This document shows positions 28,701-38,137 of a stretch of 60,589 bases of DNA, piece after piece. Numbering within the stretch: the stretch's first letter is position 1; every line of letters begins with the position of its first letter. Below the pieces are notes generated by a model, which saw only the letters and a program-made list of their open reading frames with translations, was not told the DNA's origin and searched no databases. The stretch spans positions 1-60,589 of IMG/VR virus record IMGVR_UViG_3300033151_000729, one strand, 5' to 3'. The translations under genes and the position numbers were made by a program. This stretch comes from a virus. Taxonomy: Duplodnaviria > Caudoviricetes.

Positions 28701-29959
28701 TTATTCCTCCTCAATCTCAGCAAGAGCCGACTCAACACAAGTGCCATTAACATCCTCAAAGGCAGCAACAGCCATGTTCCACATCATTATTTCTTGCGGA
28801 TGACTTGACTCTCTAAAAACAAACCCCTCCGGTGAGGTATATCCAAATATCAAATAAAGCCTCCTGGCCAGCTCGTTACAATCCTGGACTACTTCTTCGT
28901 TGGTTCTTCCGGTCTCCACATTCAAACCTCCAGCCGATCAACAACAAATTCCTGCTTGCAACGACAGCAGGTGTATTCCAACTTCAGCCCACTCCACTTC
29001 GCCGGCTTACTCGGTCCACCGAATAGCGGCGACCCGATGCTACAACTAGGAGCATAGTCACCATCAGCATTATACGGAGCCTGCGTCAGGTTCAGATCCC
29101 ATTTGCAATCAGGATTTGGGCACTGTACCCGTACTTCATAGGTAACTATTCCTGCTACTGTTTTCACGTCACGCTCCTGTTGATCTTTCCAGCGCAAATC
29201 TGCAACCAAAGCGCATCAAAGCCAATATCCTCGGCCATAGAGCAAAAGAATTCCATATCCGCATCGACCTTCACAGGCACCTCCCCGCCGTCCTGATTAT
29301 GCATAATCACACCCAGCTCTCCTTTTTCGCCCATGGCAAAAATTTGATCATCATAGGCCACCCTCCCGCCATTGCACAGTATCTGCATCAGGAGCTCTTG
29401 GGGCTTTCTTAATTTCGGCATTCTTCCTCCTCAGCCTGATAAAACCCACAGGCAGGATTCTTGCATTTAATCTTCAGCAGTCCATTCCTGGTCCTGCCAC
29501 TCCTTCTGGTTCCGCAATACTGGCCAACCTTCTCGCTCCAGTCATTCCGCCATCTCTGGCGGTGCTTGCAGGTCTTGCAAGTATTCTTGGCCACGTTTCC
29601 TGTTGCCGGTAGCGTGTTCACCTTTCCGGATAGCTTGATTTGCTCCATCATTACGCCAACTCGGCCCAGTCGGGGCAATCTTTCCTTCCGGCATATGTTG
29701 CCCCGAAAATATCGAACTCTAGTTTTATGCACCACCTGGTTTTATAAGTAGTGTGTTTAATTTCCGCAGCCCCTGTTGATTGGCAGTAATCCTCATAATC
29801 TTCACCATCAAGCTCGACCTCCTTATTGCTCTTGCAAGATGCGCACGCCTTCTGTTGAGGATTCCAGAGACAGTTCTTTTCATGCTGTCTCATTCCCGAC
29901 TTGGTTCTTAGATATTTCTTACACCCATACTCACACAGGTATGCCTCTATTATCTTCAT
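28701..29959 (-). CDS. Leftward operon of five small hypothetical genes, several Cys-rich (28701-28925, 28922-~29164, 29164-29421, 29409-~29651, 29651-29959)
   Basis: Overlapping start/stop codons; CxxC motifs. Confidence 0.55.
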
Positions 29960-30050
29960 CTGGTCACCTAGTTAAATTCTTGACATACCTATATGTATCA
30001 TGTATTTTATATTTAATCAAACAGTTTATTAATCAAACAATGGGAGCAGC

Positions 30051-30320
30051 ATGGATCACAAAGAATTCTTAAGCAAAATAGGGAAATCAAGGTCCCCTAA
30101 AAAACTAGCCGCCATCAGGGAAAACTGCAAAAAGCCGAGATTCTCCAGGCGGGCGATACTGACCCATCTAGACGGCCTACTTGACGAGCTAGAGGATTTC
30201 GAAGGCATGACCCCGGCAGAAGTCAAGGAACAAGGCAAGGCGACAAACGAGGCTTACGGCAGATGGTCTGCGCTTAGTTCGCTAATGGGCGATATCAAAA
30301 ACAACAGAATCAAGAGGTGA
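30051..30320 (+). CDS. Small basic protein
   Basis: KIGKSRSPKKLAAIRENCKKPR; promoter TTGACA-17-TATTTT at 29980-30008. Confidence 0.6.
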   Translation: MDHKEFLSKIGKSRSPKKLAAIRENCKKPRFSRRAILTHLDGLLDELEDFEGMTPAEVKEQGKATNEAYGRWSALSSLMGDIKNNRIKR

Positions 30321-30706
30321 TCATGTTCCGAGATATAAAGGCAGGGGATACCGTGCTTGTCAAGTCGTCACTGTGGGTAACCACGTTTAAAGTTGAAACA
30401 TTCTGGCTACCAGCGACCGTAACCAGAACCACAGAGACGCAGTTCCTGGTCGGTAACGACAGGCACCGCAAGAGCAACGGAAGCATGGTTGGCGGCAAGC
30501 CTTACGACCGTTGCTACCTGGAAAACGAGGAGCACAAGGATGAGTCCGAGAAGTACAAAAAGAGGAAGGAGGATGTGGAAAACCGTTACGAAATCACAAA
30601 CCACCTCAGCCATATAAAGGAGATAGATTTTCTAAATCATCCGCATCAACATGCGGTGATCGCCTTGATGAAGCAAATTTTAACGCTTAAACCAAAGGAG
30701 AAGTAA
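30317..30706 (+). CDS. Hypothetical beta-barrel protein
   Basis: IKAGDTVLV..VTRTTETQF. Confidence 0.6.
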   Translation: MIMFRDIKAGDTVLVKSSLWVTTFKVETFWLPATVTRTTETQFLVGNDRHRKSNGSMVGGKPYDRCYLENEEHKDESEKYKKRKEDVENRYEITNHLSHIKEIDFLNHPHQHAVIALMKQILTLKPKEK

Positions 30707-30842
30707 ATGAACAAATGGTTTTGGAAAATGGCTTACTGTAAACGGCGAGCTATCCCTCCAGCTCAGCTCTGGGCATGGGGCTGGGCTGAGGCTGCCTGGG
30801 AACTGGTAAATAAACTACCCGTGAAGGGTACAAAGAGGTGAT
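30707..30842 (+). CDS. Small Trp-rich protein (44 aa, not in ORF track; stop at about 30841)
   Basis: AAGGAG RBS; MNKWFWKMAYCKRRAIPPAQLWAWGWAEAAW. Confidence 0.5.
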
Positions 30843-30845
30843 AGA

Positions 30846-31070
30846 TTGAAGCTAGCAATAAGTATAGATGATGATAAGTTTTGCATTTCCATCACAGGCG
30901 AAAGCGATTGGTCGACTGATGGAGGTTATACCTTTGAAGACGTAACAAACACGCATAAGCTCGAGGAAGCAGAAGCGCGAGACTTATTATCTAAGCTTGA
31001 GGAATATTTCCGTCCTGCCGCTGGATATAAAAACAAACTACCCGTGAAGGGTATAGAGGATGAAGCATGA
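30846..31070 (+). CDS. Small hypothetical protein
   Basis: GAGGTG RBS; TTG start. Confidence 0.5.
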   Translation: MKLAISIDDDKFCISITGESDWSTDGGYTFEDVTNTHKLEEAEARDLLSKLEEYFRPAAGYKNKLPVKGIEDEA

Positions 31071-31531
31071 TAAATAAAGTAATCTTACTCGGTAATCTAG
31101 GTAACGACCCAGAGCAACGCTCTACTCAGGGAGGGGTCGCAATGTCCACCTTCAATGTGGCAACAACAGAACGCTGGAAAGGGCAAGATGGCCAGCAACA
31201 GGAGCAGACCGAATGGCATCGGGTCATTGCCTGGAAGCAACTGGCCGAAATATGCAACAAGTACCTGAAAAAAGGCTCCAAGGTCTACATTGAAGGGAAA
31301 CTCCAAACCAGAAAGTGGCAGGATCAGGAAGGCAATGACCGCTATACCACTGAAATTGTAGCCCGTGATATGAAAATGCTTTCTCCGCAGGGCGATGGCG
31401 GCGGGCAGGGCGGAAGGCAAGGTGGAAGACAAGGCGGTTATGATCCCGACCCAGGTACCTCTAATGATGATGGACATGACAACCCCAATACAACAGGGTA
31501 TGGTGGCGGGGGGAGTGACGTACCCTTCTGA
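31067..31531 (+). CDS. ssb: Single-stranded DNA-binding protein
   Basis: [42 protein letters not shown]. Confidence 0.97.
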   Translation: MINKVILLGNLGNDPEQRSTQGGVAMSTFNVATTERWKGQDGQQQEQTEWHRVIAWKQLAEICNKYLKKGSKVYIEGKLQTRKWQDQEGNDRYTTEIVARDMKMLSPQGDGGGQGGRQGGRQGGYDPDPGTSNDDGHDNPNTTGYGGGGSDVPF

Positions 31532-31568
31532 TATTATTTAGTAGCCGTCCGAAAATCCCGGACACCTC

Positions 31569-31598
31569 AAAGCCCGTCCAGAAATGGATGGGCTTTTT
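31569..31598. terminator. Bidirectional terminator
   Basis: AAAGCCCGTCCA-GAAA-TGGATGGGCTTTTT. Confidence 0.75.
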
Positions 31599-31677
31599 AA
31601 TTCCCTCGAATTCGAGGGAATTGGAACAGCAACCCAGTGGCAAAAAACTCACTGAGTTGCAACGGAAGAGTGGTTAT

Positions 31678-32067
31678 CTAAAATATTTTATCAAAAAAAT
31701 CACTGATAGCCGCCTCTACCTGCTTCTCGCAAAACTCACCCCCATCGCCGTCCCCGTTGCCATCAGCGATCCAGATAGAGCCTTCGCTTTGCCGACATAT
31801 AACGAACTTTCCGATATTGACCTTGTGAAACGTGGGGTCATCGTCATGAAGGCGATACATTCCGGCTTGCTTGCTCTTACCCTCACTTTCCAGGCATTCT
31901 ATACACCTCTGGTCGTTGATAATTTCTACACCAAAACAAGTACAGTAATCGTCCCCGTCCTCGCTACCCTCTGGGTTAAAAAGCTTGCACGACTCTATCT
32001 TGTGATTGACCACTCTCCAACATCTTGCCCTATCCACCATTTTCACGGTAACTTTAATTTCTGACAT
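31678..32067 (-). CDS. Hypothetical early protein
   Basis: Preceded by the repeated leader and GGAG. Confidence 0.6.
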   Translation of the reverse strand: MSEIKVTVKMVDRARCWRVVNHKIESCKLFNPEGSEDGDDYCTCFGVEIINDQRCIECLESEGKSKQAGMYRLHDDDPTFHKVNIGKFVICRQSEGSIWIADGNGDGDGGEFCEKQVEAAISDFFDKIF

Positions 32068-32136
32068 TGTTTGCTCCAGTTAATTTAATTGACATACCGC
32101 TTTATAGCCCCGTCCGTAAGGCCGGGGCGTGCCGGT

Positions 32137-32661
32137 TTAATCCTCTTTGGCAAACTCAATATCAACCAACTTGCCACGCTCAATCACGACTTTTACAGGC
32201 CGGTCTACCAGGACAACATGCCCCCCGTAGACGTAAATTGCAAAACAGTGTTTTACAACTTTTCGCCACGCCTTAAGGGTTGCGGAACCCTTTGGGCTGT
32301 ATTCGACCAGCCCTGCTTTTTCTGGGTAGCTGTAAAAAGCTATCCATGACATGTCCCCCAAGGGTTCCCGCAAGGAATCCCGCAAGGAATCCCGCAAGGA
32401 ATCCCGCAAGGAATCCACCAAGGAATCTCGCAAGGAAGCCCCCAGGGAAGCCGGATTACCAATCGCCCGAACAACTTCGCTCACTTGCTCAGGCGATTGG
32501 CACCAATGGTACTGATACTCGCCTATCTTGTCACCAATAAGCTTCTTTGACCATTTCTCCGCCTTTGGGCGGTTGGTGGGCTTGGTATCGGTTGCACACC
32601 AAAACATCTTGTCCCTGTAGGCTTTTATTGCTTTCTTGCTGTGCTTGATTCTTTTTGGCAT
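32137..32661 (-). CDS. DUF6745-like protein with (DSLR)n tandem repeat
   Basis: Six 12-bp units at 32369-32440; WCQSP..WIAFY..VLVDRP. Confidence 0.6.
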   Translation of the reverse strand: MPKRIKHSKKAIKAYRDKMFWCATDTKPTNRPKAEKWSKKLIGDKIGEYQYHWCQSPEQVSEVVRAIGNPASLGASLRDSLVDSLRDSLRDSLRDSLREPLGDMSWIAFYSYPEKAGLVEYSPKGSATLKAWRKVVKHCFAIYVYGGHVVLVDRPVKVVIERGKLVDIEFAKED

Positions 32662-32711
32662 CCGCTTCCTCAGTTAAATTTAATTGACATACTAGCTATC
32701 AACCCTGCATG

Positions 32712-32900
32712 TCAGTTTGGAACCGTCTTTAAACCGTCTGGAGCGATCGTCCATACATCGTGACCGCTTTTCGACAGCTGGTGCATAACGACGTGTATGT
32801 CGTCAGGATTACCCCAGCCTATCAATACTTCCTTGCCCGTTTCCTGGTCACGGGAAAATAGCTTCCAATCCCTGCGGCCTATCCTTCCAGATACCTTCAT
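32712..32900 (-). CDS. Small hypothetical early protein
   Basis: GGAGG RBS after the repeated leader. Confidence 0.55.
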   Translation of the reverse strand: MKVSGRIGRRDWKLFSRDQETGKEVLIGWGNPDDIHVVMHQLSKSGHDVWTIAPDGLKTVPN

Positions 32901-32957
32901 GACCCTCCCCGGTTAAATTTAATTGACGTACCTCTTTACAGCCCCGGCTAGGGCTGT

Positions 32958-33533
32958 TCAATCATCCGCCAATCCATCCAGCAACTCCACTGTCTCGGAG
33001 TAGGTTAATATATCCTTATTGCCAAGCTTGGTTATGAGCTTCCTGATGACTCGCTCTGCCCTTGATTCGGGTGCCGGCTCCTTGGTTGGAACTTCGCAGT
33101 GCGGAAGTACCCCATGCTTGGCGCTGGATAGCAGCTTGCAGCGTTTATTTTTATTATTCCTCCTAGGGGTCGCTATCACTGGTCGATCTAAGTCGAAAGT
33201 CAGCGTTGCGCTTTTTTTCTGCATCTTAACCACAAACCAGATGTTTACAGGCCCTTTATCTTGTGGGACATGCTCCATGACCCATCCTGCAAGAATGTCG
33301 CTTACGAAAGTCCTAGCCCCGTTATCGTGCTTCTGGCTATGGACAATCAACTCCGACGTGTGCTGATTACCCATAGCGTAATCGTTATGGAATTCCAGTG
33401 AAACAAGCTCTTTACCGTTTCCTGATACAGAAACGAGCCCGTACTTCTTGAGCTGTAAAGATTCCCCGATTTCCTTGCCGAGATACCACCTATTGGTGGA
33501 ACTGTAATACGCTATCCGCTGTTGCCTGATCAC
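32958..33533 (-). CDS. Hypothetical early protein
   Basis: GAGG RBS; first gene after the leftward promoter. Confidence 0.55.
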   Translation of the reverse strand: MIRQQRIAYYSSTNRWYLGKEIGESLQLKKYGLVSVSGNGKELVSLEFHNDYAMGNQHTSELIVHSQKHDNGARTFVSDILAGWVMEHVPQDKGPVNIWFVVKMQKKSATLTFDLDRPVIATPRRNNKNKRCKLLSSAKHGVLPHCEVPTKEPAPESRAERVIRKLITKLGNKDILTYSETVELLDGLADD

Positions 33534-33643
33534 TATCTATTCCCCTCAGTTAATTTTCCCCGCAGCACATGCCAGGATACTCAGCGCTGAGCTTTCAACC
33601 CGTGGCCCGAATCCTGGTAGGTACTGGGCTTTTGATTTTCCAA

Positions 33644-33684
33644 TTGACATACCGCTTTATAGCATGTAGTTTAATTACAGTCAA
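33644..33684. promoter_or_regulatory. Overlapping promoters of opposite orientation
   Basis: Plus TTGACA-17-TAGTTT (33644-33672); minus TTGACT-17-TATAAA with TGn extension (33656-33684). Confidence 0.7.
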
Positions 33685-33727
33685 TAAAAATCAATAAACA
33701 TAGATAACAATCAAAGGAAATACACTA

Positions 33728-33898
33728 ATGGCAAAGAGCAAAAGAAAGGGCACTTGCGTATCTGTGGAACTAAATAATGAAATATTCAGGTTTCTGGAAG
33801 GCCACTGCGAACGCACAGGGAAGACCAAATCCGCAGTCTTGCGGGTTCTGATCGTTGACTGGAAGAGAGATGAGGAATCCAGAGAGAGGCAGCCTTAA
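33728..33898 (+). CDS. Ribbon-helix-helix (CopG/Arc-like) regulator, 56 aa, not in ORF track
   Basis: MAKSKRKGTCVSVELNNEIFRFLEGHCERTGKTKSAVLRVLIVDW; AAGGA RBS. Confidence 0.7.
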   Translation: MAKSKRKGTCVSVELNNEIFRFLEGHCERTGKTKSAVLRVLIVDWKRDEESRERQP

Positions 33899-33899
33899 G

Positions 33900-34838
33900 A
33901 TGCAGCGGGGAAATTGGGTTCCGGTAAACAAAAAATTGGTATCTAGTCTTCCAAAAAGTGGAGAAAGACCATACACCGAACTCGAAGCCGCATTTTGCCT
34001 TACATGCGATTTTGACAACGAAAGCTTGGTTTCTGAAAATGGATACTCAAAACTTTGGAGCTGGAGCAGGGGGAAGGTTTCAAGATTTGCCAAAAAGCAA
34101 GGCTGGGAAATATCAAAGGAGGTAAAAAGAGGGTTGAATCAAATACTTATCAACAGGAATGCCAAAGGGAGCGTGATTCACGATCCAACGTGGACAAAGC
34201 GAACAACTGACGATACAACCGGCGAACAACCAGCGAACAACCAGCGAACAACCGGCGAACAACCTAGACCACTTGGAAACAGTGACTTAAGAGGCACGGC
34301 GAACAATTGGCGAACAATTGGCGAACAACCAACGGTACAACCGGCGAACAACCAACGGTACACTACTAGTTATCCTGATCCTGAACCTGATCCTAATCTA
34401 AAAGATAAAAAGCCTTCTGCACCAAAGGATGCAGGGGAGGGGAGCCAAACCCCAGAAGAATCCTACATGACGCACCGCAAGAGGAAGCTTTCGGGAAAGA
34501 GGCTTGAGACCTTCCTTTTATTCTGGGAAGCTTTTAATTACAAAAGAGGCAAGGCAACGGCAGCAGATGCATGGTTAGACATCCCAGGCCTCACAGATAG
34601 TATTGTCGCCACGATTTACAAGTCGGCCAACGCAGAAGCCACGTTGCGAACCAAAACCGTCACAGACGGCAAAACGCCACAAATGGCACAGGGATGGATA
34701 ACTCAAAAGCGTTGGGAAGATGAGTTAGAGCAAACGCACGTATCAACACCGGTGCCAAACGGAAAGAAATTCGACAAAGAAAAATACCTCAACGGGGGCA
34801 TGAACCCTATGCTTGGGGATGACGAGGGAGCGGAATGA
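33900..34838 (+). CDS. Replication initiator (lambda-O-like)
   Basis: YSKLWSWSRGKVSRF winged helix, internal iterons, C-terminal FWEAFNYKRGK..WITQKRWEDE; upstream of dnaB. Confidence 0.75.
   Translation: MQRGNWVPVNKKLVSSLPKSGERPYTELEAAFCLTCDFDNESLVSENGYSKLWSWSRGKVSRFAKKQGWEISKEVKRGLNQILINRNAKGSVIHDPTWTKRTTDDTTGEQPANNQRTTGEQPRPLGNSDLRGTANNWRTIGEQPTVQPANNQRYTTSYPDPEPDPNLKDKKPSAPKDAGEGSQTPEESYMTHRKRKLSGKRLETFLLFWEAFNYKRGKATAADAWLDIPGLTDSIVATIYKSANAEATLRTKTVTDGKTPQMAQGWITQKRWEDELEQTHVSTPVPNGKKFDKEKYLNGGMNPMLGDDEGAE
34199..34361 (+). repeat. Iteron array, probable origin
   Basis: Nine GCGAACAA cores, several at an 11-bp period. Confidence 0.75.
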
Positions 34839-35059
34839 GCGAAAGGAATAGAGCAAGACCCACAGAAGGCGGTGTTATTGAGGAGGAGGGAGAGCTTTTG
34901 ATTTGGGTTAAAGACAGAAAGCGTAAGCGTTATGGCCCATGCAGATGCTGGATCCGGAATCCGGACAGATGTAAATTTATGAATTGCGGAAATCTGCATC
35001 TTGAATCGCTGAACGGGGAAATATATCTGATACGAAAAGTAAACGAGGGTAAAAAATGA
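34835..35059 (+). CDS. Small Cys-containing protein
   Basis: ATGA overlaps on both sides. Confidence 0.5.
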   Translation: MSERNRARPTEGGVIEEEGELLIWVKDRKRKRYGPCRCWIRNPDRCKFMNCGNLHLESLNGEIYLIRKVNEGKK

Positions 35060-36396
35060 TTGAACCGCCACCAGAACAGCAAGCCCAACCGGTACCGCCC
35101 AATTGCACCGAGTTGGAAAAGGATCTGCTCGGCACAATCCTGATTGCTGAGGGAGCAATGGGTAAGGTCGCCCACAAGATCGATGCCGAAGATTTTTATG
35201 TCCCTGCTCACCGGGTTATATTTGAGGCCGCTGTTGCGCTGCATGAGGAAAACCAGCCTTGCAACCTGGTCACCGTCACCAGCTCAATGAGAGATGCTGG
35301 AACCCTGAAAAAATGTGGAGGGGCCGCTTACCTCACATCCCTCACCGATATTATCCCTTTTGCGGGAACTCTGGGCCACCATGCCAAACAGATCAAGGAA
35401 AAGGCCAACCTGAGAAAGCTGATAGCCCTGTGTGATGACGTGAGGGGCCGTTGCATGTCAGGGGCCGCAGGCGGTGAAGAATTGATTACACAGGCTGAGG
35501 AAAGCATTTTTGAGCTATCTTCCCAGCGGAACTCAGAGGGTTTCGAATCCGTCGGTCCTGTTGCTGAACGTGTTTTTGATCGCATCGAAAAAATGAGCAA
35601 TACCCTTGGCACCATTACTGGGGTGTCCACCGGGTATGGCGATATCGACCAGATGACATCGGGTTTTCAGTCGTCTGATTTGATTATCTTGGCTGCCCGT
35701 CCGTCCATGGGTAAGACGGCATTAGCCATGAATATTATCCAGTACGCCGCCATGCAGTCCGGTGTCCGTGTGGGCATGTTCAGTCTCGAAATGTCCAAAG
35801 ATGCTCTTGTGACCCGTTTGTTTTCATCCGTTGGTATGATTAATTCTCACGGCCTGCGTAATGGGCAGCTCAGGGATGATGATTGGCCGAAAATGGTAAA
35901 CGCTGCTGGGAAGATCAAAGGTGCCCCTGTCTGGATTGATGATACTGCTGGGATAACCGTCACGGAGATGCGGGCCAAGGCCAGGAGGCTGAAGGCAAAG
36001 CACGGCATCGGGATGATTGTGGTGGATTATCTCCAGTTGATGCAAGGGAGGTCAAGAAGTGAGAATAGAACTCAGGAAATCAGTGATATTTCCAGGTCGC
36101 TGAAGGCAATGGCCAAGGAACTGAATATTCCTGTAGTGGTCCTGTCTCAGCTCAACCGGATGCTTGAAAATCGTCCAGATAAACACCCGCAACTTTCTGA
36201 CCTGCGGGAGTCGGGTGCGATTGAGCAAGATGCAGATGTTATTATGTTTATCTACCGTGACGAAGTTTACAACAAGTCGGAGGACAATCCGAACATGGGG
36301 ACAGCGGAGGTGATTGTCGCAAAGCAGCGGAACGGGCCTACCGGCACGGTTCGTTTGGGGTGGGTGGCTGAAACTACTACTTTTGTTAATTTATAG
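35056..36396 (+). CDS. dnaB: Replicative helicase DnaB
   Basis: AARPSMGKT, FSLEMS, VVDYLQLM, LSQLNR, DLRESGAIEQDAD, KQRNGPTG. Confidence 0.97.
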   Translation: MIEPPPEQQAQPVPPNCTELEKDLLGTILIAEGAMGKVAHKIDAEDFYVPAHRVIFEAAVALHEENQPCNLVTVTSSMRDAGTLKKCGGAAYLTSLTDIIPFAGTLGHHAKQIKEKANLRKLIALCDDVRGRCMSGAAGGEELITQAEESIFELSSQRNSEGFESVGPVAERVFDRIEKMSNTLGTITGVSTGYGDIDQMTSGFQSSDLIILAARPSMGKTALAMNIIQYAAMQSGVRVGMFSLEMSKDALVTRLFSSVGMINSHGLRNGQLRDDDWPKMVNAAGKIKGAPVWIDDTAGITVTEMRAKARRLKAKHGIGMIVVDYLQLMQGRSRSENRTQEISDISRSLKAMAKELNIPVVVLSQLNRMLENRPDKHPQLSDLRESGAIEQDADVIMFIYRDEVYNKSEDNPNMGTAEVIVAKQRNGPTGTVRLGWVAETTTFVNL

Positions 36397-36406
36397 GGTG
36401 GGGATT

Positions 36407-36580
36407 ATGGCAAAGCAAAAGGATGACAAACCGGAGGCGGAGCAAGTCAAGGCTGCCCTGGGCGTGATTACAAAGGATTTCCGGCTTTCCGAATCGTTTG
36501 AATTTGGGGCCGGGGCGTACGATGCTGAACAGGCCGGGGAGGATTACCATATCACGGTGATCAAGAAGCCTGGGGCGTGA
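36407..36580 (+). CDS. Small hypothetical protein
   Basis: ATG 36407 after GGGG. Confidence 0.45.
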   Translation: MAKQKDDKPEAEQVKAALGVITKDFRLSESFEFGAGAYDAEQAGEDYHITVIKKPGA

Positions 36581-36644
36581 TGGCCACTGGAATGCCGTCT
36601 AGGTGAAACAGGGCGGGTATTTTGAATTTAACTGGAGAATAGCG

Positions 36645-37307
36645 ATGCCTGAAGTAAAAAATATCAGAGAGATAGCAAAGGCCTTAAAAGATAAGCTTGA
36701 TAGGGAGAAATATCCAAACAAACAACCTAAGCAATTCACTTTTACACTGGTGCTGGCGCCTAATACGCCAAATGGCCTAGATAGCTGCGAACAATGCTAT
36801 TGCTCAGAAGTTCTAGGTGTGTGCCAGGACTGCACAGGTCCTCACTATGGCACACACTACGAGATAGAGAAAGAGGTGGTATTGTGCAAGGAAACCGTAA
36901 GAATGCCAAGAAAGCTGACCGCCGAAAACGGCGCAAAGTATCATTTGATAGGCGAATTTTTTGAAGTTGTCGAGCTGGAATGCACGGCCTGTGATGACGG
37001 AGATGAAGGCTGCGAGGTCTGCTCTGGATACGGAACCTTTACCTACCGGGTGCCCATTACGTGGACATCCATAAAACGCATTTATGATATGGCGGCGAGT
37101 TTCCTTGGAGAGCAGCAAATTGATCAGACGGGAGGAGTTGAGCAGCAAGGAGGCGACCGGCAAAAGGTCGCTGTGCTCTGTAACCAGTGTGGTTGGCATG
37201 GGCAGGACAGTATTGTTCGGGGCGAGGATCCGCTGGAGTATAATTTTAACTGTCAGGGTTGTGGGTCTCAGGATCTGCACCGTGTTGTAATTGGGGGTGA
37301 AAAATGA
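36645..37307 (+). CDS. Multi-zinc-finger hypothetical protein
   Basis: GGAG RBS; multiple CxxC; MPRKLTAENGAK..VPITWTSIKRIY. Confidence 0.6.
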   Translation: MPEVKNIREIAKALKDKLDREKYPNKQPKQFTFTLVLAPNTPNGLDSCEQCYCSEVLGVCQDCTGPHYGTHYEIEKEVVLCKETVRMPRKLTAENGAKYHLIGEFFEVVELECTACDDGDEGCEVCSGYGTFTYRVPITWTSIKRIYDMAASFLGEQQIDQTGGVEQQGGDRQKVAVLCNQCGWHGQDSIVRGEDPLEYNFNCQGCGSQDLHRVVIGGEK

Positions 37308-37813
37308 GCAGTTTAGGCAAGGCGATGCTGCTGGCAAAGGAAACTCTGCCAGCCGGGTACTCCATCCGCTTGGCAGTGAAGAGGGGGTTTTTTATCGTAT
37401 TGATGAAGGGGCCAAACGGCCAGATTACGAGAGCTGAGGACCAGGGGCTTTTGGTTCCTGGCCAGATTGAGGAGCTGATCCGGGCTGCCGTTGAGATGGA
37501 GGCAAATGGCGGTGGCAAAATGCCCGAAGCAGATTACAAAAGCAGGCTACAGGAGCTCGTCAATCAGTACTGGGTAAGCAAAAAAGACCTTGCCGAAGAG
37601 TGCGCCTTATCAAATAATAACGTAAAGATTGGTGATATAGTACGGGATCGTAACGGGCGGGTGATGGTCGAAAAAATTACCGTGCTTGTCTCGCTAGGCG
37701 TGCCATCTTGCCAGTATTCTGGCCCCAAGTACACCGGTAAAAATAAGCCGCACAAAAATGGGGATACTGGGACTGTTTACCAGTCGAATTTGATTGAGAT
37801 TAAAGGGATCTGA
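37304..37813 (+). CDS. Hypothetical two-part protein
   Basis: C-half is paralogous to 24269..24577. Confidence 0.55.
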   Translation: MSSLGKAMLLAKETLPAGYSIRLAVKRGFFIVLMKGPNGQITRAEDQGLLVPGQIEELIRAAVEMEANGGGKMPEADYKSRLQELVNQYWVSKKDLAEECALSNNNVKIGDIVRDRNGRVMVEKITVLVSLGVPSCQYSGPKYTGKNKPHKNGDTGTVYQSNLIEIKGI

Positions 37814-38074
37814 ATGATGCAGAAATCAGGCGGAACAAAGCGGCCACTGCCGAAAAGTGATTTTGAGGGTATCCATCACGTACATATTGTGATTGCGGAT
37901 GCGCTGTGTTGGCCCGACGAGAGGCTTTCTGGTTTCCTGAGCGACGACAACAGGGAGCTTTCTGCCCAAGAGGCGAGGGATGCTCTTTTTGCCTGCCAGG
38001 CTAAAGGGCACGATTATTTTTGCAGTTGCGATAACCCCGGACCAGATGGCCGGTGCGCCGGTCATGAAAAGTGA
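37814..38074 (+). CDS. Small hypothetical protein
   Basis: CSCDNPGPDGRCAGH tail. Confidence 0.55.
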   Translation: MMQKSGGTKRPLPKSDFEGIHHVHIVIADALCWPDERLSGFLSDDNRELSAQEARDALFACQAKGHDYFCSCDNPGPDGRCAGHEK

Positions 38075-38137
38075 AAGTCTGAACTAATGACCACCCAGCG
38101 GGTGGCGTTGGGTGTTTTAATTTAACGAGAGCGTGAA

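Noticed and set aside
33559-33629. SRP (4.5S) RNA resemblance of the long hairpin
   Set aside because: Lacks the conserved CAGG..GGAA..AGCAG domain IV motif
34199-34361. CRISPR-like array
   Set aside because: Units are 11 bp without unique spacers and lie inside the initiator gene, so they are iterons
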